64,000 nucleotides of DNA from Sphingobacteriales bacterium (GTDB lineage Bacteria > Bacteroidota > Bacteroidia > Chitinophagales > JADIYW01), in the NCBI GenBank assembly GCA_947460245.1, contig CANHGL010000003.1:15968-79967 (forward strand). Direction: 5' to 3'. The stretch's first letter is position 1. Each line of letters begins with the position of its first letter. Below, piece by piece: positions 19,647 through 29,025 of the stretch. A program made the position numbers and the translations under genes. The notes below the pieces were generated by a model that was given only the letters and a program-made list of their open reading frames with translations, did no database searches and was not told the origin of the DNA.

Positions 19647-20207
19647 ATGAATATTATTCCAACAGATTTCAAAGGATTATACATAATCCAACCTACGGTT
19701 TTTGAGGATAGTCGTGGTTTTTTTTATGAGAGCTTTAATATTAATCGGCTGGAAAATGCAGGTCTTTATTATAATTTCATTCAGGATAATCATTCTAAAT
19801 CTTCTTATGGTGTATTAAGGGGGTTACACTATCAGAATGGAGTTCACGCTCAGTCTAAGTTGGTACGTGTTACTCAGGGAAGGGTTCTGGATGTAGTTGT
19901 AGATTTACGTCAGGATTCTCCATCCTTCTTACATCATTTTTCCATTGAATTATCTGAAGAAAATAAAACTCAATTATTGATTCCACGAGGTTTTGCACAT
20001 GGTTTTGTGGTGTTGTCTCCTACTTGTGAGTTTCTATACAAGTGTGATAATTACTATAATAAAGAGTCGGAAGGTAGCGTGGCTTATAACGATCCATCAT
20101 TAGCAATAGACTGGATGGTTCCCACAGAAGATATAATATTGAGTGAGAAGGATAAGAATAATCCTACGCTTCAAAATGCATCTTTTAATTTTTCGATAGA
20201 GTCATAA
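19647..20207 (+). CDS. rfbC: dTDP-4-dehydrorhamnose 3,5-epimerase
   Basis: DSRGFFYE, QDNHS, VLRGLHYQ, PRGFAHGF. Confidence 0.98.
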   Translation: MNIIPTDFKGLYIIQPTVFEDSRGFFYESFNINRLENAGLYYNFIQDNHSKSSYGVLRGLHYQNGVHAQSKLVRVTQGRVLDVVVDLRQDSPSFLHHFSIELSEENKTQLLIPRGFAHGFVVLSPTCEFLYKCDNYYNKESEGSVAYNDPSLAIDWMVPTEDIILSEKDKNNPTLQNASFNFSIES

Positions 20208-20977
20208 TGATAAAGTCTTTACTGGATATTGCCCACCAGGCCGGAGATGCTATTCTGGAGATTTATCATCAAGACTTTACAGTCGATTTTAAAGAGGATA
20301 ATTCTCCTCTTACTATTGCTGATAAAAAATCAAATGATATCATCTTACATGGACTCAGAAAGCTCGATAGTACTACTCCGATAATCTCCGAAGAAAATAA
20401 ATTAACAGATTATGTAATCCGTAGAAACTGGTCTTCTTGTTGGATGGTTGACCCCCTCGATGGAACTAAAGAATTTATCAAAAAAAATGGAGAGTTTACG
20501 GTAAATATTGCACTCGTAAAAGATGGATTTCCGGTATTAGGTGTAGTGCATGTTCCAGTTACTGGCGTAACTTATTATGCAGAAAAAGGAAAGGGTAGCT
20601 ATAGATTAGAGCATGGTATTGTATCTCCCTTGCATATTAGAACATTGGCTAAAGATGGAATCCTAAAGATTGTAGGCAGCCGTTCTCACCAGACTCCCGA
20701 TCTATTAAAATATGTTGAAGACCAGAAAGCTAAATTCGCTCAGGTAGAGTTTGTTAGCGCTGGAAGTTCTCTGAAATTTTGTCTGATTGCTGAAGGTAAG
20801 GCGGACGTTTATCCAAGGCTTGGTCCAACTATGGAGTGGGATACTTGTGCAGGTCAGATAGTAGCTACGGAGGCCGGTGCTGAAGTCGTAAGATTTGACA
20901 ATGGAGAGCCGTTAAACTACAATAGGGAGGATCTGTTAAATCCTTACTTTATGGTAAGAAATCCTCATCTACGCTAA
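20207..20977 (+). CDS. cysQ: 3'(2'),5'-bisphosphate nucleotidase
   Basis: [35 protein letters not shown]. Confidence 0.96.
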   Translation: MIKSLLDIAHQAGDAILEIYHQDFTVDFKEDNSPLTIADKKSNDIILHGLRKLDSTTPIISEENKLTDYVIRRNWSSCWMVDPLDGTKEFIKKNGEFTVNIALVKDGFPVLGVVHVPVTGVTYYAEKGKGSYRLEHGIVSPLHIRTLAKDGILKIVGSRSHQTPDLLKYVEDQKAKFAQVEFVSAGSSLKFCLIAEGKADVYPRLGPTMEWDTCAGQIVATEAGAEVVRFDNGEPLNYNREDLLNPYFMVRNPHLR

Positions 20978-21869
20978 AACGCAATGTTTTCTCATAATAC
21001 TCTTCCTTTGCTGCACTTAAGGTGTTTTGTAGCAAGGATACTACGGTCATAATTCCAATGCCGCCTGGAACTGGAGTAATATAACTGCATTTTTTACTGA
21101 CTTCCTCAAAATCGACATCGCCCAAAAGTCTATAACCTGATTTTCTCGTTTTATCTTCTATCCTGGTAATGCCTACATCAATTACAACTGCACCTTTTTT
21201 TACCATATTAGCTTTTAGGAACTCTTTTTGACCTAAGGCTGCGATAATAATATCTGCTTTAAGGGTTTCTTCTGATAAATTCCTGGTCTTACTGTGACAT
21301 AATGTTACTGTGCTGTTTCCTGGATATCCTTTCCTGGCCATTAGAATACTCATGGGCAGACCAACAATATTGCTCCTTCCTATTATTACGCAGTGTTTTC
21401 CTTCAGTCTCAATCTTGTAACGTTTAATAATTTCTAGTATACCCTTTGGTGTTGCTGGGATATATCCGGGCATATTTAATGTCATTCTTCCGACATTTAC
21501 AGGATGAAAGCCATCTACATCTTTTTCAGGAGCAATAGATAATAGTATCCTTTCTTCGTTAATATGTTTTGGAAGAGGAAGTTGCACAATAAATCCATCA
21601 ACAGAATCATCATTATTTAATAGATTGATCTGTGTAATGAGCTCATTTTGGGTGATATCTTTCTTTAATTTAATGAGCGTAGACTTGAATCCTACTTCTT
21701 CACAGGATTTGACTTTGCTGTTTACATAAGTTTGACTGGCACCATCATCTCCCACGAGGATTGCAGCTAAATGAGGGGCTTTTCTGCCTCTTCCCTTTAT
21801 TTTTAGTACTTCTGCGGCAATCTCTTCCTTGATCTCCTGAGCTATTTTTTTACCGTCTAAAAGTTGCAT
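20949..21869 (-). CDS. folD: Methylenetetrahydrofolate dehydrogenase/cyclohydrolase
   Basis: [28 protein letters not shown]. Confidence 0.98.
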   Translation of the reverse strand: MQLLDGKKIAQEIKEEIAAEVLKIKGRGRKAPHLAAILVGDDGASQTYVNSKVKSCEEVGFKSTLIKLKKDITQNELITQINLLNNDDSVDGFIVQLPLPKHINEERILLSIAPEKDVDGFHPVNVGRMTLNMPGYIPATPKGILEIIKRYKIETEGKHCVIIGRSNIVGLPMSILMARKGYPGNSTVTLCHSKTRNLSEETLKADIIIAALGQKEFLKANMVKKGAVVIDVGITRIEDKTRKSGYRLLGDVDFEEVSKKCSYITPVPGGIGIMTVVSLLQNTLSAAKEEYYEKTLRFSVDEDFLP

Positions 21870-21941
21870 ATAAAAATTTGTCTTAAAAATAGGTAAGATA
21901 TTTCCGATTGATTAGTTTTGAGATATATTTTTTTAAACAAC

Positions 21942-22577
21942 ATGGAGCAGAAATCATTCATAATCGGTATATCTGGAGGTAGCGGTAGTGGTAAGACTAC
22001 TTTAGTTAGAGAATTGGCAAAGAGCTTCTCACTGGATGAATTATGTATTCTGAGTCAGGATAATTATTACAAACCCAGGGAAGAACAACATGTGGATGTT
22101 AATGAGGAGGTTAATTTTGATTTACCGGAGTCTTTTAAAGAAGAAGAGTATCATAGGGATGTGCTCAGGTTGCTAAATGGCGAAGATGTCGTACTAAAAG
22201 AATATACTTATAACAATCCTTTGGAAGCACCTAAATTGATTACGTATAAGGCCGCACCAATTGTAGTTATTGAAGGGATATTTGTTTTTCATTTTTCGGA
22301 TGTATCCAATCTAATGGATTATAAGATATTTGTTGATGCCGACGAACATATCAAGTTAATACGAAGAATTCGACGCGATCAAATAGAAAGGAATTATCCA
22401 TTGGAGGATGTTTTGTACCGATATCAACATCATGTTTTTCCATCTTATCAGAAGTATATTCATCCTTACAAAGATGACTGTGATGTCGTTGTAGATAATA
22501 ATATCAGTTTTGATGAAGCCTTGGAAACTATAAAATCATCTATCCGTGAAAGATTGGATAGTTTAAAGAAATCCTAA
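21942..22577 (+). CDS. udk: Uridine kinase
   Basis: GGSGSGKTT, QDNYY, NFDLP, RRIRRD..ER; ATG at 21942 preferred over TTG at 21918. Confidence 0.9.
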   Translation: MEQKSFIIGISGGSGSGKTTLVRELAKSFSLDELCILSQDNYYKPREEQHVDVNEEVNFDLPESFKEEEYHRDVLRLLNGEDVVLKEYTYNNPLEAPKLITYKAAPIVVIEGIFVFHFSDVSNLMDYKIFVDADEHIKLIRRIRRDQIERNYPLEDVLYRYQHHVFPSYQKYIHPYKDDCDVVVDNNISFDEALETIKSSIRERLDSLKKS

Positions 22578-22585
22578 AGTATTTC

Positions 22586-23314
22586 TTACCCTTCAAAATT
22601 TACGGAAAAGGCAAATCCTCTGTTGTATAATCCCTTTATAAATCTGGAATGGTAATAAGTATTGTCCTGTTGGTGAATATTTAGGACAGAATTGTAAACT
22701 TTAAACTCAGGGCTTAAGATAAATAAAGGAAAATGTATCTCTATGCCTACGCCATAGTCCACTCCAAAATCATGAGCCAGTTGCTTGGGCATATCCAACT
22801 CTTTTCTTGCTTTGAAGTTTCCGCCTATATCATAACCATATTTTAAGCCAGCAATAACATAGAATTTAATATTTCTAAGCGGTTCAGACTTAAACTTCAT
22901 TTCTATGGGAAAATCAAAATAGATTTGTGAAATGGATTTCTTTTTATTGCTCAAGTCGCTGAAATCATAGCTGATATTTTTATCAGCAAAACAGAAACTG
23001 GGAACTGTTCGAAATTCTACATACTTGTTGATGTGATAACTGATGACAGCTCCAATCTCGAATCCTAATCCAAATTTGGAGTTTATACCAAGGATGCTAT
23101 CGCTTAAAGCAAATGCTTCATTTTGCTTTATCTTGAAATCAGAGATGCTCGCGCCTAAGTGAATACCGAAATGATAGGGTTTGGCAGCATATTTCATGTC
23201 ATTTTCCATAACATTACGTTGTGTAAATGCTATAGAGGGTAGCAGGAAAAATGTAATGAGAATTACTTTTCTGCAATATATATGGAGCTTATGCCAAAGG
23301 TTAATAGTTTGCAT
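22586..23314 (-). CDS. porT: PorT/SprT family type IX secretion outer-membrane beta-barrel
   Basis: HFGIHLG, FRTVP, FPIEMKFKS, ILSPEFK, terminal FEG; directly downstream of ubiE. Confidence 0.8.
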   Translation of the reverse strand: MQTINLWHKLHIYCRKVILITFFLLPSIAFTQRNVMENDMKYAAKPYHFGIHLGASISDFKIKQNEAFALSDSILGINSKFGLGFEIGAVISYHINKYVEFRTVPSFCFADKNISYDFSDLSNKKKSISQIYFDFPIEMKFKSEPLRNIKFYVIAGLKYGYDIGGNFKARKELDMPKQLAHDFGVDYGVGIEIHFPLFILSPEFKVYNSVLNIHQQDNTYYHSRFIKGLYNRGFAFSVNFEG

Positions 23315-23979
23315 TCTATGTTTTTATATCCGGCACTTTTTAGTAGTTCTATAAATTGTTCTCCATCCGGGAAGAGTTGAACGCTTTCAGGTAAGTAGTT
23401 GTAAGCTTTTGCATCTCTGGATACTAAACTGCCAATAAATGGTAAAACGTTGCAAAAATAGAAATAATATATTCTCCTTATAAACCAGTTTTTGGGTTTG
23501 GAAAATTCTAAAATAAATACCTTTCCTCCGGGTTTGACTACTCTGCGCATTTCTGCAAGCCCTTTGGGTACGTTTTCAAAGTTTCTTACACCAAAGGATA
23601 CGCTTACTGCATCAAAAGTATTATCCGGAAATTGTAGTTGCTCACTGTCACCCAACTGAAGTTCAATGGAAGGATAGGGCTTTATTTTAGTTCTTCCAAC
23701 TTCCAGCATCTTTTCAGAAATATCTATACCTATAATCTTTTCCGGTTGTAGCCTTGTTTCTGCAATGGCAAGATCTGCGGTGCCTGTGGCTACATCTAAA
23801 ATAGATTTAGGATGAGATAATCCTATGAGTTTTACAAGTCTCCTTCGCCACAGTTTATCAATGCCCATTGAAAAAAAATGATTCAGGAAATCATAAGTAC
23901 CTGCAACATTATTAAACATGGTAGCAACCTGTTCTTTCTTGCTTTCTGAAGAATTATATGGCGTTAAAGGTGTTCCCAT
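23263..23979 (-). CDS. ubiE: Demethylmenaquinone methyltransferase
   Basis: MFNNVA..YDFLNH, LDVATGTADLA, FGVRNF, RVVKPGG, YLPESV. Confidence 0.97.
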   Translation of the reverse strand: MGTPLTPYNSSESKKEQVATMFNNVAGTYDFLNHFFSMGIDKLWRRRLVKLIGLSHPKSILDVATGTADLAIAETRLQPEKIIGIDISEKMLEVGRTKIKPYPSIELQLGDSEQLQFPDNTFDAVSVSFGVRNFENVPKGLAEMRRVVKPGGKVFILEFSKPKNWFIRRIYYFYFCNVLPFIGSLVSRDAKAYNYLPESVQLFPDGEQFIELLKSAGYKNIECKLLTFGISSIYIAEK

Positions 23980-24061
23980 TTTATAGTATCGTTCAAAAGT
24001 ACAACATTCTGCTATATTGTATGGAAAATAGTACTCATCTTTGCATTAATAAAATCAAATC

Positions 24062-24676
24062 TTGATACATTCTGCAAAATTTATTGGTGCCTTTCCAAAA
24101 ACAGACGATTGTCCAAAGTTGGACATTCCGGAGTTTGCGTTTATAGGCAGAAGTAACGTCGGTAAATCCTCTTTGATTAATCTCATTACTAACAGGAAGG
24201 AGCTTGCAAAGGTTTCAAAGACACCTGGAAAAACGCAGACTATTAATTTTTTCTTAATCGATGAGACTTGGCATTTGGTAGATTTGCCGGGATATGGTTA
24301 TGCGAAAGTATCTAAAACCACAAGGGCTGTGTTTGACAAGATGATACGCTATTATCTGATTAACAGGCAGCAGTTACTCAATGTCTTTGTTTTAGTTGAT
24401 GCAACTATATCTCCGCAAAAGATAGATTTGGAATTTATGAATTGGCTGGGAGAAATGCACATACCTTTTTCTATAATCTTTACCAAGTCGGACAGGGAGA
24501 AGACATTGGTTATACAAAAGAATATTAAGGTTTTTAAATCTAAAATGCTGGAAAACTGGGAGTCAATTCCACCTTCCATCCTTACATCAGCAGAAAAAAA
24601 CAGAGGTGCTAAAGAAATTATCAAATTTATAAAAGAGGCGATGCACCCTGAAGAATTTGAAAATTTGGCGGATTAG
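24062..24676 (+). CDS. yihA: Ribosome biogenesis GTPase YihA/EngB
   Basis: GRSNVGKSS, PGKTQ, DLPGYG, TKSD. Confidence 0.97.
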   Translation: MIHSAKFIGAFPKTDDCPKLDIPEFAFIGRSNVGKSSLINLITNRKELAKVSKTPGKTQTINFFLIDETWHLVDLPGYGYAKVSKTTRAVFDKMIRYYLINRQQLLNVFVLVDATISPQKIDLEFMNWLGEMHIPFSIIFTKSDREKTLVIQKNIKVFKSKMLENWESIPPSILTSAEKNRGAKEIIKFIKEAMHPEEFENLAD

Positions 24677-24765
24677 ACATTACTAAGTATTCTTTAAAGT
24701 TTATTAATAATCTTTGGTAACATCTATTTAGTTTTACCTCCTAAATTTTTCTAATTTTATTGACC

Positions 24766-25746
24766 ATGAGAGGTTTGATACTGCTTTTATTTTCCTTTCC
24801 TTTCCTTTCCCTTACACAAGAAATTGAGGGTAAATGGGTCGGTAGTTTTATTCAATATACACACAACACGTACGATGTTGAATTGACGGTATCTAAACTT
24901 TCGCAGGGTAATAATTTTTCCGCTCAACTCCGTATCACAAATGGTTATTATTTTGGGGAGTATCAGATTAGCGGTTTTATCTGCCAGCTTAGAAACCTGG
25001 AAATTAATACGATTATTTTAGTAAAGGAAAATGAAAGTGGTGGCTGGGTAGATTGTTTGAATGGCACCTGGGATCTCAACGATGATGAGAATGAACTTAC
25101 TTTTACGGATACTTGGATTGATAAAAATGGTAAGAATAATGCCTGTAAGGTAAAATACCTTCAGAAAGAGATGTTTCAGTGCCTCAGGTCTTCTTACCTC
25201 AGAAAAGTAAAATATAGCTATGAACTTGCAGAATTTGAGAAGAATTGGGAAGATTATATTTTAAGGGTAAAACCTCAGCAAGTATCGCCTACTGTACCCA
25301 AACCCCTTGCAGTTGCAGAGCAGGCAATATTGCCGATCAAATCAGAGACGAAGATCGTTTCTAAGAATGAGGAGCGTGCCCCGATAATTGATACTTTTGA
25401 AGAAGTAAAGAATCGTCAGGTTTTGGTCAGGGATGAAATCGAGGTAAGTAGTGCAGATATTACTATAGAGTATTGGGATAGATATACTGAAGATGGAGAT
25501 TCTATAGATATATATTTAAACAAGAAGCCTTTGGTAGAAAATGTCCGACTTACTAAGGTTAAGAAGATTATCCAGGTGCATCTGGAGAAAACTAATAATT
25601 ATCTGGTTGTTAACGCTCTCAATTTGGGTACTGAACCGCCCAATACAGCATCAGTTACAGTTAAGGATGGTAAGAAAATCCAAAATGTATCGCTTACTTC
25701 TACACTTAAATCGAGTGGAGCATTAAAGATTATTCATAAAAAGTAA
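24766..25746 (+). CDS. Secreted hypothetical protein
   Basis: Signal peptide; C-terminal WD..EDGD...NLGTEPPNTA domain; alternative TTG start at 24760. Confidence 0.75.
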   Translation: MRGLILLLFSFPFLSLTQEIEGKWVGSFIQYTHNTYDVELTVSKLSQGNNFSAQLRITNGYYFGEYQISGFICQLRNLEINTIILVKENESGGWVDCLNGTWDLNDDENELTFTDTWIDKNGKNNACKVKYLQKEMFQCLRSSYLRKVKYSYELAEFEKNWEDYILRVKPQQVSPTVPKPLAVAEQAILPIKSETKIVSKNEERAPIIDTFEEVKNRQVLVRDEIEVSSADITIEYWDRYTEDGDSIDIYLNKKPLVENVRLTKVKKIIQVHLEKTNNYLVVNALNLGTEPPNTASVTVKDGKKIQNVSLTSTLKSSGALKIIHKK

Positions 25747-25838
25747 TTAATAATCAATTACTTAGGGTATTTAAAGGTGTTTTGAGAGATTAAATGATTT
25801 ATCTGTTGTTCAAATTTTCAAATTTTCAAAATAAGTAG

Positions 25839-25846
25839 TATATTCG
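25839..25846 (+). promoter_or_regulatory. -7 element variant upstream of rpmE2
   Basis: TATATTCG (TAnnTTcG), 22 nt before the ATG. Confidence 0.5.
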
Positions 25847-25868
25847 CATCTCATTTTAAAATTGTTAT

Positions 25869-26117
25869 ATGAAAGCAGATATCCACCCAAAAGAATACAG
25901 ATTCGTAGTTTTCAAGGACTTTTCTTGTGACCATATGTTCCTGGCTAAGTCATGTGCTAATTCCAGAGAGACTATTAAATGGGAAGATGGCAATGATTAC
26001 CCTTTGGTTAAACTAGAGGTATCAAATGTATCTCACCCATATTATACAGGTAAAGTTAAATTATTGGATACCGCAGGTCGTATCGATAAGTTTAATAAGA
26101 AGTATGCTAAAAAATAA
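25869..26117 (+). CDS. rpmE2: 50S ribosomal protein L31 type B
   Basis: [24 protein letters not shown]; no CxC/CxxC zinc ribbon. Confidence 0.95.
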   Translation: MKADIHPKEYRFVVFKDFSCDHMFLAKSCANSRETIKWEDGNDYPLVKLEVSNVSHPYYTGKVKLLDTAGRIDKFNKKYAKK

Positions 26118-26185
26118 TTAGCATCTTTCTTAAGATATTCTATTAAAGTCGCAATATTACGTTGCGACTTTTTTATTTTTACAGT

Positions 26186-27382
26186 ATGCAGACCGACCAC
26201 ATTATACTTTTTGATGGCATTGAACGCAATCATTTATTGCCCTTGTCTGCTACCAGGGCTATCGCAGACTTCCGTATAGGGATTCTTACAATTCGTGAAA
26301 AGTGGGAGAAATACTTTGGCTTAGTATCTGATGTGTTAACATTGCCTTATCTGCAAACTAAGTATAGTTATCATCAAAAGGATAATAGTGTATTTATAAA
26401 TGCCACGGTATTGCCCGATAAAAGGCTTATTGCAGAAATAGAAAAACTTCACCAAAACGCTGTATTAAAAGATAAAGACACGGTTATTGCTTTCAAAACA
26501 GATACTCCGATTAATACATTAGAAGATTTATGGTTATTAGATAACTTGGCAATATATACCGTAAATCATGATATTCAGATTAGAAATACCTGGGATGTTT
26601 TCTTGCTGAATGGTCAGGAAATCATCAATGATATTGCTTTATTGAATTTACAGCCTAATAGCGAGTCTCTATCTAAAACTAATAGCCTGTTAGGTCGGGA
26701 GAATATATATGTTGAAGAAGGCGTTCAGTGTGAATATGCAGTATTAAATGCTTCAAAAGGACCTATATTCCTCGGAAAAGAGAGTGAGGTAATGGAGGGG
26801 ACCACCATACGTGGAGCATTCTCTCTGGGTAAACATGCCACTCTTAAGATGCAATCTAAAATATATGGAGATACTTCTATCGGGCCTTATTGTAAAGTGG
26901 GGGGAGAAGTGAGTAACTCAGTACTGTTTGCATTTAGTAATAAAGCACATGATGGATTTTTGGGAAATGCTGTGATAGGAGAGTGGTGTAATCTGGGGGC
27001 GGATACCAATAATTCTAATCTAAAGAATAATTATGGCAATGTAAGCGCGTGGAATTATGCAGCTAAGGATTATATCAATAGTGGACTGCAATTCCTGGGG
27101 CTGATTATGGGAGATCATTCTAAGTCGGGAATAAATACTATGTTTAATACTGGTACAGTAGCTGGAGTAGGGGCAAATATTTTTGGAGGGGGGTTTCCTT
27201 CTAAGTTTATCCCGGATTTTTCATGGGGAGGTGCGGAAGGATTTCAGGACTTTAAATTAGAAAAGATGTTTGAAGTTGCTGAGCGTGTAATGGAGCGCAG
27301 GGGGGTAGATTTTTCCGTTCAGGATAAAGCTATATTGACACATATCTTTGAAGCTACAAAAGAACTTAGGTTGGAGAAATAA
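26186..27382 (+). CDS. GlmU-related putative sugar nucleotidyltransferase/hexapeptide protein
   Basis: LLPL..TR...RIGILTIREKW, GGEVSNS, SNKAHDGFLG, CNLGADTNNSNLKN. Confidence 0.88.
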   Translation: MQTDHIILFDGIERNHLLPLSATRAIADFRIGILTIREKWEKYFGLVSDVLTLPYLQTKYSYHQKDNSVFINATVLPDKRLIAEIEKLHQNAVLKDKDTVIAFKTDTPINTLEDLWLLDNLAIYTVNHDIQIRNTWDVFLLNGQEIINDIALLNLQPNSESLSKTNSLLGRENIYVEEGVQCEYAVLNASKGPIFLGKESEVMEGTTIRGAFSLGKHATLKMQSKIYGDTSIGPYCKVGGEVSNSVLFAFSNKAHDGFLGNAVIGEWCNLGADTNNSNLKNNYGNVSAWNYAAKDYINSGLQFLGLIMGDHSKSGINTMFNTGTVAGVGANIFGGGFPSKFIPDFSWGGAEGFQDFKLEKMFEVAERVMERRGVDFSVQDKAILTHIFEATKELRLEK

Positions 27383-27410
27383 TTAGGGTAGGGGTATAGC
27401 GAATATTATA

Positions 27411-28187
27411 ATGACTAGAAAAAAGATAATAGCAGGTAACTGGAAAATGAATCTGGTTAAAGAAGAGGCATCAGCCTTATTGGATGAATTGCTTGCAGCC
27501 TATCCGGAGTATAATTTATCGGAAGAGAAACAGGTAGTTATTGCTGCTTCTTTTCCTTTTATTCACTACTGTTCTTCTCGGTTTTCTGAATATCCTTTCT
27601 TTCGTAATGCTGCTCAAAATTGTAGTGAGCATGAAGAAGGTGCTTATACAGGAGAGGTTTCCGCAAAGATGCTAGCCTCTCTAGGGACTAAGTATGTGAT
27701 TATAGGTCACAGTGAACGCCGTCATTATTTTTTAGAGTCCGACACTTCATTATTGCGGAAATTAAACCAGGTACTTAAATATGAAATGATGCCTATTTTC
27801 TGCTGTGGGGAAACGTTAGAGCGAAGAGAAAAAGAAGAACATTTTTTGACGATAAAGCAGCAGTTGAAAGATTGTGTTTTTCAGCTTTCTCCACAAGATT
27901 TCAAAAATGTAGTTATAGCTTATGAGCCTGTTTGGGCTATAGGTACAGGTAAAACAGCTACTCCGGCGCAAGCGCAAGAAATGCATTTATTCATACGAAA
28001 ATCTATTGAAGAAGCTTACGATGCTGAGGTTGCAGATAAAACTACTATTCTCTATGGTGGCAGCGTCAATGCAAAAAACGCTTCACATCTGTTCTCTTGT
28101 CCTGATATTGATGGAGGATTAGTAGGTGGAGCTTCTCTAAAGGCGGATGAGTTTTCAGAAATTATTAGAGCAGAGATTAAGCAATAA
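27411..28187 (+). CDS. tpiA: Triosephosphate isomerase
   Basis: AGNWKMN, GHSERR, AYEPVWAIGTG, LVGGASL. Confidence 0.99.
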   Translation: MTRKKIIAGNWKMNLVKEEASALLDELLAAYPEYNLSEEKQVVIAASFPFIHYCSSRFSEYPFFRNAAQNCSEHEEGAYTGEVSAKMLASLGTKYVIIGHSERRHYFLESDTSLLRKLNQVLKYEMMPIFCCGETLERREKEEHFLTIKQQLKDCVFQLSPQDFKNVVIAYEPVWAIGTGKTATPAQAQEMHLFIRKSIEEAYDAEVADKTTILYGGSVNAKNASHLFSCPDIDGGLVGGASLKADEFSEIIRAEIKQ

Positions 28188-28197
28188 TCCTTAAAAT

Positions 28198-29025
28198 ATG
28201 ACATATATCTTTCACATTCCATATCCAGAAGACATTGATAAGGAAGACTTCAGTGGTTTGTTCAATGCTTTAGAGCTGGAAGGCATTGAGGAAGGTGAGC
28301 TACATCTATCCATCTATATCACAGAACAAGGTGTAGAAGAAGCTGAACCCTATATAAAAGAGGTTTGCGATAATTTTGATACAAGTTATGAAAAAACAAT
28401 ACTGGAAAATAAGAATTGGAATGAGCAGTGGGAGCGAAGTTTTCAGCCTCTTCTGATAGATGATTTTGTTTTGGTTCGTGCAACATTTCATCCGGAAAAT
28501 AGAGCGGTGGAACATGAGATTATTATAGAGCCTAAGATGTCATTTGGCACGGGGCATCATCCAACTACAGCTCAGATGATGCAGCAAATGAGACTTCTGG
28601 ATTTTAAGGGGAAGAAGGTATTAGATTGTGGATCCGGAACGGGTATCCTTGCTGTATTGGCAGAAAAAATGGGAGCATCCAGTTGTATTGCCTTGGATAA
28701 TGATACGTGGTGTTATGAAAATTGCAGAGAAAATATAGTTTTAAATTCGGCATCCGTCGTACAACCAGTATTGGGAGAAATTAATCAGTTTTTAGGAGAT
28801 ACTTTTGATAGCGTACTCGCCAATATACATCGAAATTTCCTATTGGAATATATGGATGTGCTCGCTTCGATTCTGAAAAAGGATGGCTGTCTCTTAATAT
28901 CAGGCTTTTATTCGGAAGATGCAAAACTTATTTTAGATAAGGCTATGTCATATGGCTTATCAGCCACCTATCGAACATCTTCCAATAATTGGGATTGTAT
29001 TCTATTAAAAAAATCATCTGAATAA
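28198..29025 (+). CDS. prmA: Ribosomal protein L11 methyltransferase
   Basis: NWNEQWE, PKMSFGTGHHPTT, LDCGSGTGILA, ANI. Confidence 0.95.
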   Translation: MTYIFHIPYPEDIDKEDFSGLFNALELEGIEEGELHLSIYITEQGVEEAEPYIKEVCDNFDTSYEKTILENKNWNEQWERSFQPLLIDDFVLVRATFHPENRAVEHEIIIEPKMSFGTGHHPTTAQMMQQMRLLDFKGKKVLDCGSGTGILAVLAEKMGASSCIALDNDTWCYENCRENIVLNSASVVQPVLGEINQFLGDTFDSVLANIHRNFLLEYMDVLASILKKDGCLLISGFYSEDAKLILDKAMSYGLSATYRTSSNNWDCILLKKSSE

